IMG/VR virus record: IMGVR_UViG_3300037455_000372 | Coordinates: 291,393-355,392 of that record | DNA length: 64,000 nucleotides | Strand: one strand, 5' to 3' | Source: a virus | Lineage: Duplodnaviria; Heunggongvirae; Uroviricota; Caudoviricetes | Shown: positions 58,428 to 64,000 of the stretch, piece by piece | How the letters are laid out: the number at the start of each line of letters is the position of its first letter | How positions within the stretch are numbered: the first letter of the stretch is position 1 | The notes under the pieces: model-generated | Database searches by the model: none | What the model was told of the DNA's origin: nothing | What the model saw: only the letters and a program-made list of their open reading frames with translations | Translations under genes and position numbers: made by a program

Positions 58428-58964
58428 ATGAAATACTTCCAAATTGAAAGCGCAAAAGAACTGGAACCCATCGAAAAGACTCTCGACCGTCACGACACCG
58501 GCGACGAGGAATGGATTTTCGTGAGCAAGAAGACGACGGAAATCGAACTGGACGGCGGCAAGAAGTGCAAGGTCAAGCTTGGCGTGTGGGTCAAGGATGT
58601 CCAAGCGTGTTCTCCCTCGGTTGACACAAAGGACGGCGACTTCAAGGTCTTCCTCTTCCTCGTTCCTGATGTGAAGACGCTGGGCAAGAAGACAAAGGCG
58701 TGCGTCGCAGCGACGAGCGGAATCAAGCCGAGCGAGGTTGACGAATACGACTGCTGGCAGTACGGTCTGGAAGTCTCTTGCGGTCGTGACGAGAAGCTGG
58801 AGAACATCACTGGCCTCAACGACCCCAAGCTCCAAGAAGTCATCAAGTTCGCTGGCGATGTGGCTGCCTCTTCTATCCTCGGCCTTATCGGTTTCACCCT
58901 TGACCAGCCGATTAACAAAGTTGGCGATAACGGCTGGAACCGAGCTTCTGAATGGGTAAAATAA
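58428..58964 (+). CDS. Hypothetical protein
   Basis: Cassette element upstream. Confidence 0.7.
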   Translation: MKYFQIESAKELEPIEKTLDRHDTGDEEWIFVSKKTTEIELDGGKKCKVKLGVWVKDVQACSPSVDTKDGDFKVFLFLVPDVKTLGKKTKACVAATSGIKPSEVDEYDCWQYGLEVSCGRDEKLENITGLNDPKLQEVIKFAGDVAASSILGLIGFTLDQPINKVGDNGWNRASEWVK

Positions 58965-58985
58965 TTTTCAACAAAGGAGATTTCT

Positions 58986-59126
58986 ATGGCGTGGGCGTTT
59001 CCGTTGACAAAGGCTCAAATCCGCAAGAAGTTCGGCTGTACGCTTGACGAATTGCAGAAACGAGCCGATATAAGGGTGGTGGACAGCATCGACCCTAAGA
59101 AAAAGATAGTGGTCGTGCTTCCGTAG
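58986..59126 (+). CDS. Small 46-aa protein
   Basis: AAGGAG RBS; MAWAFPLTK.. Confidence 0.55.
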   Translation: MAWAFPLTKAQIRKKFGCTLDELQKRADIRVVDSIDPKKKIVVVLP

Positions 59127-59197
59127 CGACTGGCTTGGAATAACCGGGTGTCCCCAGCCCGGTTATTTTTTCTATACAAGAAACAAAGGAGTTAAGA

Positions 59198-59506
59198 ATG
59201 GCTAAGAAAGATTGGTCGAATGTCTACGCAGTTAGACAAGAATACAACAAGTTCCAAAAGAAGTGGTTCCCCATTATCCTCGTTTGGAGTAAGAACGACC
59301 GCACGGCGTGGATTGAAGCTCTCTGCACGGAAACCGGAAGCTCGTTCTACTATACCGAAATCAAGGACGACTACACCAAGGTCACACGCAAGGGAACCGA
59401 CAAGTGCGACCCCGAAGATGTGAAGCGAATCAGTGACTTCTTCGAACACGACTACACTTCCGAAGAAATGCACGAAGTTCAGAAGCTCGGACAATACAGA
59501 CCGTAA
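59198..59506 (+). CDS. Hypothetical protein
   Basis: Cassette element upstream. Confidence 0.7.
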   Translation: MAKKDWSNVYAVRQEYNKFQKKWFPIILVWSKNDRTAWIEALCTETGSSFYYTEIKDDYTKVTRKGTDKCDPEDVKRISDFFEHDYTSEEMHEVQKLGQYRP

Positions 59507-59516
59507 GGAGGCTACA

Positions 59517-59771
59517 ATGGACATTAGCAAGCTCACCGACGAGGAAATCAAGGCGCATCGCGAGAATTACGAACGGTCGACAATGACCGCGCTCGAACTA
59601 TATGAGGCGTTGGGCGAACTTATCAAGAACGGCGACGGCGACGCTATGATTGATGTGGACGACAACTGCGGAGGCTCGTATCCCTTGGCTAAATTTACTG
59701 TTCCGAACGGTACGCCGCCTCTGAAAGCGACCGTGGGCAAGATGGGGAAGTGGATTACGCTGGGGTTCTGA
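59517..59771 (+). CDS. Hypothetical protein
   Basis: AAGGAGG RBS; start MDISKL. Confidence 0.65.
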   Translation: MDISKLTDEEIKAHRENYERSTMTALELYEALGELIKNGDGDAMIDVDDNCGGSYPLAKFTVPNGTPPLKATVGKMGKWITLGF

Positions 59772-59844
59772 CCATCGACGACCGGGTTTCCCCGACCCGG
59801 TTATTTCTTCTATACAAGAAACAACCAGTCAAAAGGAGTTTAAA

Positions 59845-60261
59845 ATGAATATCGACTTTCAGAAATTCTGTTCCCTCTGCGAAACGTCCTTGTTGGACAT
59901 TCTGAGCGGGTTCGGCAGCAATCCGGGCGTACTGCGCTATGATTACAGCGAGGAAGACTACAAGAACGCCAAGGCAGCTCTCATAATCCAGCACGACAAC
60001 GAGGGTAAGCCGTACGAAATCACCTACGAGGAAGTGCTTGAAAGCATCGTGTACCGTGGCGGAAAGCTGACCTTCTACGATGTCGAGGACGAAAAGGAAA
60101 CGCCGTACGCGCTCGATCTGGCCGCCTTGGAACGTGGCGTCGATGGGTTCATCGAGAACGCAAAGGAATCGTTCGCCGACTATCTGAACGGCAACGGCGA
60201 CTCCATCGCGGACAATGTGTTCATCCAGTGCTGTCTGTTCGGAAAGCCGGTTTACGCCTAG
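59845..60261 (+). CDS. Acidic hypothetical protein
   Basis: Cassette element upstream; C-terminal D..AD...Q..LFG..VY motif. Confidence 0.7.
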   Translation: MNIDFQKFCSLCETSLLDILSGFGSNPGVLRYDYSEEDYKNAKAALIIQHDNEGKPYEITYEEVLESIVYRGGKLTFYDVEDEKETPYALDLAALERGVDGFIENAKESFADYLNGNGDSIADNVFIQCCLFGKPVYA

Positions 60262-60331
60262 CCGAATGTTCGCCGGTCTCCGGGCGTCCCCGGCCGGCGT
60301 ATTCTTTTTATGTCAAACAAAGGAGTTAAAG

Positions 60332-60769
60332 ATGGCACAGTTTAAGAAACCCGAATATGTCAACCTCACCTACAAGATGGCCGCTCGATACCTCGTGAGC
60401 AACTATATAGAAGGCATCCGCACGCCGCGCACCCCTCTGAAGGTAATCGCTTATCCTGAAGCAAAAACGACGGTCACACCTTCCGACGGCTGCCCGAATC
60501 CGACGCACTGGAGTTTCCTCGTACACAATCTGCTCGATGTAGAAACGATATCGGCGTGTTGCGAGGAACGGAACAGTGGTGGCGGTGTCATCCTCGAATC
60601 CAAGGCCGTCGTCAATGTCATTAACGAGATGAACAAGAATAGCAGCTACACCGACGCCTCCGCGCTGTTCATCGAACGAATTGCCAAGGGTCACGGCTTC
60701 AACACCGACGGTCTGTGGTGCCGTGCCACGCCTCGTCTCAAGCAGTTCCTCTCCTACTCTGAAGGTTAG
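60332..60769 (+). CDS. Hypothetical protein
   Basis: Cassette element upstream; start MAQFKK. Confidence 0.7.
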   Translation: MAQFKKPEYVNLTYKMAARYLVSNYIEGIRTPRTPLKVIAYPEAKTTVTPSDGCPNPTHWSFLVHNLLDVETISACCEERNSGGGVILESKAVVNVINEMNKNSSYTDASALFIERIAKGHGFNTDGLWCRATPRLKQFLSYSEG

Positions 60770-60838
60770 GGACTGTATGACCGGTTCCGGGTTTCCCTAG
60801 CCGGTCTATCTTTTTTGTACCAACCAAAGGAGTTAAAA

Positions 60839-61234
60839 ATGAATTTTGAAATTGGAATTTCCGCCGGTACAGAAGCATTCACCGTGGCCAAGTTCAGCCA
60901 TTATGCGCCCAAGGACTACGGTACGCCCCAAGACACGCTGGACAAGCCGTTGCTGCGACCCGACCAAAAGGCCGCCGAGAAGGCACTGTACGAATCCGCC
61001 GAGGCGTATCTGACGCAATACGACGCCGTCCGAAAGCTCAAAGGCAAGTCCGACACTAAGGGCATTAGTTCCGACAAGGTGTGGGAAATACGAATCGACG
61101 GCGACGACCGAGAAGACGAAATCAAGACGCTCGACGACCTCAAGGACGCGCTTGTAGGCCATTCCCACTTGATTATCGTGCTGCAAGGCGTTGGCTGGGC
61201 TGAATGGAGGCTCGACAAGGTGACTTGTGGCTAG
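60839..61234 (+). CDS. Hypothetical protein
   Basis: Cassette element upstream; C-terminal WAEW like the next gene. Confidence 0.7.
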   Translation: MNFEIGISAGTEAFTVAKFSHYAPKDYGTPQDTLDKPLLRPDQKAAEKALYESAEAYLTQYDAVRKLKGKSDTKGISSDKVWEIRIDGDDREDEIKTLDDLKDALVGHSHLIIVLQGVGWAEWRLDKVTCG

Positions 61235-61307
61235 GGAACTGGCTTAGGCCGGTCGGGCGTCCCCAGACCGGCTATTTCTTCTATACAAACCAACAAGGAG
61301 TTGCAAA

Positions 61308-61700
61308 ATGCTTAAAAATGTTACAGCAGCAATCAAGTGGATTACCAAGGGAATGAAGGCGTACATCATTACTGGACGCTGGCACGACCGGCACGGCGAA
61401 GACGGCCTCAACAAGCCTCGAATGTGTATGCGCCTCTCGAAGGCTCGTAAGGTACTCGCCGAACTTGTCATCGCCTATCTGAAGGAAAGGGGAGCCGTCA
61501 ACGACGACGGAACCATCGACTACCGAGCCGTCTATTCCATCAACGGTAACGAAGTGGACGACGGAAAGCCTCCCTATAATACCGTTGACGATGTCAGAAA
61601 GGCGATTATGGCCAAGGGTGTCTCTGGGTTCTCGGTCGATGTTGACAACGACGGAACGTGGGCAGAGTGGGATATAAGCCTAACCGAATGTGAAGACTAG
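61308..61700 (+). CDS. Hypothetical protein
   Basis: Cassette element upstream; C-terminal WAEW. Confidence 0.7.
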   Translation: MLKNVTAAIKWITKGMKAYIITGRWHDRHGEDGLNKPRMCMRLSKARKVLAELVIAYLKERGAVNDDGTIDYRAVYSINGNEVDDGKPPYNTVDDVRKAIMAKGVSGFSVDVDNDGTWAEWDISLTECED

Positions 61701-61760
61701 CCAGAACCAGCCGGGCGTCCCCCAGACGCCCATTCTTTCTATACCAACCAAGGAGACTAT

Positions 61761-62270
61761 ATGGATTTCATCATTCCTTTTGACCAGCTCGGAACCGCTC
61801 TTTCAGAAGAAAATTTTCTCGAAAAGGGGTTTCCTATAACCGGACTTATCAGTCCCAACACGAACTCGACCTATGAAATCAACCGTTCAGATATGGAAGA
61901 TGCGTGTGCGCCTATGCGTGTGCGTGTGGTGTCTGACGACGGTATGAAAGCGGTCGCCAACTATCTCGCCTCGGTCTGCTTGCCTCTTCAGAAAGAAGTA
62001 AAGGACGCTGGTTGGGGTGAACAGGAGGTTTGGAACCGTGTCGAGAGCGAACTGTGGTCTGAATACGAACGCTACCTAAGCGACCACGGTGTCAAGTATT
62101 ACGAGGATATCAATCCGAGCGACTTCAATGTCGGCGACCGTGTGTTCGTCTTCGACAACCGTAAGTATTGCACTGTTGTGGAAATCGACGAAAGCAACAA
62201 CGACGAAGGTAGCATCAAGACCGACGACGGACTGTGGCACGACTCTGACGACCTTATCGCAGCATACTAA
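61761..62270 (+). CDS. Acidic hypothetical protein with C-terminal SH3/KOW-like segment
   Basis: FNVGDRVFV....CTVVEID. Confidence 0.65.
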   Translation: MDFIIPFDQLGTALSEENFLEKGFPITGLISPNTNSTYEINRSDMEDACAPMRVRVVSDDGMKAVANYLASVCLPLQKEVKDAGWGEQEVWNRVESELWSEYERYLSDHGVKYYEDINPSDFNVGDRVFVFDNRKYCTVVEIDESNNDEGSIKTDDGLWHDSDDLIAAY

Positions 62271-62347
62271 CTCCCTTGGCCGGTCCGGGTTTCCCCAGAC
62301 CGGCTATTTCCTCTATACAAGAAACAACCAACCACAAGGAGTTAAAA

Positions 62348-62746
62348 ATGAAAAGTTGTGTAATCCCTACCGAAAAGACCGTGGCTGCCTTCAAGGACTA
62401 CGACTTCGAGAACTGCGATGTTCCGGAAAAATACTGGGGCGACTATACCCACGCGAACTTCTTCCGCAAATACTTCATCCCCATCGTCCGCAAGGAACTC
62501 AAGGCGATGGCAAAGGCCATCGGTGCTACGCTCAAGTTCGAACCCAACCACTTCGACTGGTCTGCGTTCTTCGGCAAGAACGGCAAGTACGTCTATGTTC
62601 ACTGCGATGATGCTCGCTGGAACGACTGGTATGGCCAAATGTACTACCGAACGGCAGAAAGCGAAAAGGACTACCGAGGCGGTCCGAACAACTGGACAAG
62701 CTACGACAAGCTCCAAGAAAGCGTGGCGGAAATGCTCGACCGTTAA
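62348..62746 (+). CDS. Hypothetical protein
   Basis: Cassette element upstream. Confidence 0.7.
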   Translation: MKSCVIPTEKTVAAFKDYDFENCDVPEKYWGDYTHANFFRKYFIPIVRKELKAMAKAIGATLKFEPNHFDWSAFFGKNGKYVYVHCDDARWNDWYGQMYYRTAESEKDYRGGPNNWTSYDKLQESVAEMLDR

Positions 62747-62824
62747 ACTGGCTCGACTGGTCCGGGTCTCCCCGGACCGGTTATTTCTTCTATACAAGAA
62801 ACAACCAACCACAAGGAGTTAAAA

Positions 62825-63382
62825 ATGGGTTACAGCTGCGAATATTGCCGTACTACCAAGGAACAAGTCGACGCTTATGTTAAGTCGATCAACCCCAACT
62901 ACGCCGAAGTCGTCGGAGTGACCGGTGCTTGGGTCAAGTTCATCGTCAAGGAAACCAATAAGCCGTGCGCCGACGTGCTCTTGATGCACAAGGACAAGGA
63001 AGGGTATGTTTGGTACAAGGCCATCAGCGCGTCGGATCGTCCGGGCGTACTCAACCAGAGCGTCGCTCGCTGGCTCAAGAAGGAATACGCCGCCCGTGGC
63101 CTCACTCCGAGCGACTACCTCCAGAAATGGCTCGACGACTGCGACAAGAAGGCAGCCGAGGCCAAGGCTCAGAAGGACAAGCTGGCAGCCTTCGCCCAGA
63201 GCCTTGTCGTGGGCAAGCGTTACCCAGTCAAGCACGAGTTCCAAGCTGGCCCGTACAAGTTCAAGGTCGGCGATGAATTTATCTACTGGGGAACCTTGCC
63301 GAAGAGCAAGAAGCGTCTTTCCTTCCATCACGACAATATCCCAGTGAATTTCTTGCTCACCGCCGATATTTTCATCGAATAA
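62825..63382 (+). CDS. Hypothetical protein
   Basis: Cassette element upstream; terminator-like hairpin at 63391-63420. Confidence 0.7.
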   Translation: MGYSCEYCRTTKEQVDAYVKSINPNYAEVVGVTGAWVKFIVKETNKPCADVLLMHKDKEGYVWYKAISASDRPGVLNQSVARWLKKEYAARGLTPSDYLQKWLDDCDKKAAEAKAQKDKLAAFAQSLVVGKRYPVKHEFQAGPYKFKVGDEFIYWGTLPKSKKRLSFHHDNIPVNFLLTADIFIE

Positions 63383-63509
63383 ATTTTAAAAGGGGGTTGC
63401 CGTCCACGGCAGCCTCTTTTATCTTGGGAACACTTTGGGAACACTGACCAGTCCGGACCGGGTTTCCCTTAACCGGTTATTTTTCTTATATCAGAAAAGG
63501 AGTTAGAAA

Positions 63510-63911
63510 ATGCTTGAACAATTACGAGCCAGCATAGTTTCTCTCGATGAAGAGAATCCGTTGAGCAAGTCGACCGATGAAATCCACGCCGATATTCAGA
63601 GTGTCGCGACTGAATACTACACACGGCACAACAAGTGCGAGGTGTACGCCCATTCCATCGTCCATCTTCCTTGCTACGGCTGTACTGAATCCGGCGAGAA
63701 GCTTTACCACCTCGGTTGCACGGTGGTCGTGAAGTACGGCGACAAGTGGGTGTACGGAGCCGAAATCAGCCTCTTTGCCACGCGCAAGCTTGTTCCGGAA
63801 CACACGCCTAACGCCTCGGTTCCTATCGCTGAACAGTACAACGTGTGGGAAATCGACGTGAGCTTCGCACGAGCTGGCAGACCGGCTGAAAATCCGCACG
63901 GTACTGTCTGA
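63510..63911 (+). CDS. Hypothetical protein
   Basis: Cassette element upstream. Confidence 0.7.
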   Translation: MLEQLRASIVSLDEENPLSKSTDEIHADIQSVATEYYTRHNKCEVYAHSIVHLPCYGCTESGEKLYHLGCTVVVKYGDKWVYGAEISLFATRKLVPEHTPNASVPIAEQYNVWEIDVSFARAGRPAENPHGTV

Positions 63912-63980
63912 ACCGGTCTGGGTTTCCCCCAGCCGGTTATCTTCCCTATACAAGAAAGAAACCAACCACAAGGAGTTAAA

Positions 63981-64000
63981 ATGAGCTACGAACTGTCACG
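63981..64000 (+). CDS. Start of the next cassette gene (truncated by window end)
   Basis: Element at 63911-63980, RBS, ATG AGC TAC GAA. Confidence 0.6.

Larger units (their letters stand above)
46742..63980 (+). repeat. 28 dispersed copies of an intergenic hairpin/promoter/RBS element
   Basis: GGGnnTCCC(C) cores at 46756, 46851, 48041, 48443, 49852, 50791, 51090, 51608, 52071, 52632, 53263, 53951, 54343, 55556, 56635, 57040, 57891, 58377, 59146, 59784, 60282, 60789, 61255, 61713, 62287, 62764, 63460, 63920; typically followed 17 nt later by TATACA/TATGTA/TATATC, then AAGGAGTTAA. Confidence 0.95.

Noticed and set aside
63424-63444. TTGGGAACAC tandem duplication
   Set aside because: Two copies only; probably local slippage with no further support.
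46742-63980. Classical integron with attC sites
   Set aside because: No RYYYAAC...GTTRRRY ends and no integrase in the window; the elements include RBS and promoter-like boxes.
1-64000. tRNA/rRNA genes
   Set aside because: No cloverleaf or T-loop GTTCRA context recognised by eye in intergenic regions; tRNAscan would be needed to exclude them formally.
1-64000. Stop-codon reassignment
   Set aside because: Conserved genes are full length in the standard code and end in TAA, TAG and TGA.

Overview
This window looks like part of a large (jumbo-type) dsDNA bacteriophage genome, probably from an anaerobic gut or rumen host (host not determinable). No capsid, terminase or polymerase gene lies inside it, so the phage call rests on gene content and architecture. 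It has two halves. (1) 1-46.1 kb is a dense auxiliary region: an intein-split C5 DNA methyltransferase, galactofuranose/glycosylation genes, PspA-like + Ca2+ P-type ATPase + 3x TerD, an amidase endolysin, NADAR and macrodomain ADP-ribose erasers, an NAD salvage set (PnuC, PncB, NMN/NaMN adenylyltransferase-Nudix, PncA), Tmk, Thg1-like and CCA-adding enzymes, CoaD/CoaE and a repeat-rich GIY-YIG endonuclease. It is driven by sigma70-like (TTGACA-17-TATATT) and late-type (YATAAACT) promoter motifs. (2) After a low-complexity, repeat-rich junction (~46.1-46.9 kb), 46.7-64 kb is a single-strand array of small, mostly orphan genes (including ArdC). Most units are preceded by one of 28 copies of a conserved element: GC hairpin around GGGnnTCCCC, 17 nt, TATACA, then AAGGAGTTAA RBS. 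The reverse complement of that RBS (TTTGCTTAACTCCC) recurs after stop codons and as a 3-unit array with an exact 46-bp period, each unit carrying its own hairpin. This cassette array plus anti-RBS module is the best candidate for an undescribed system.
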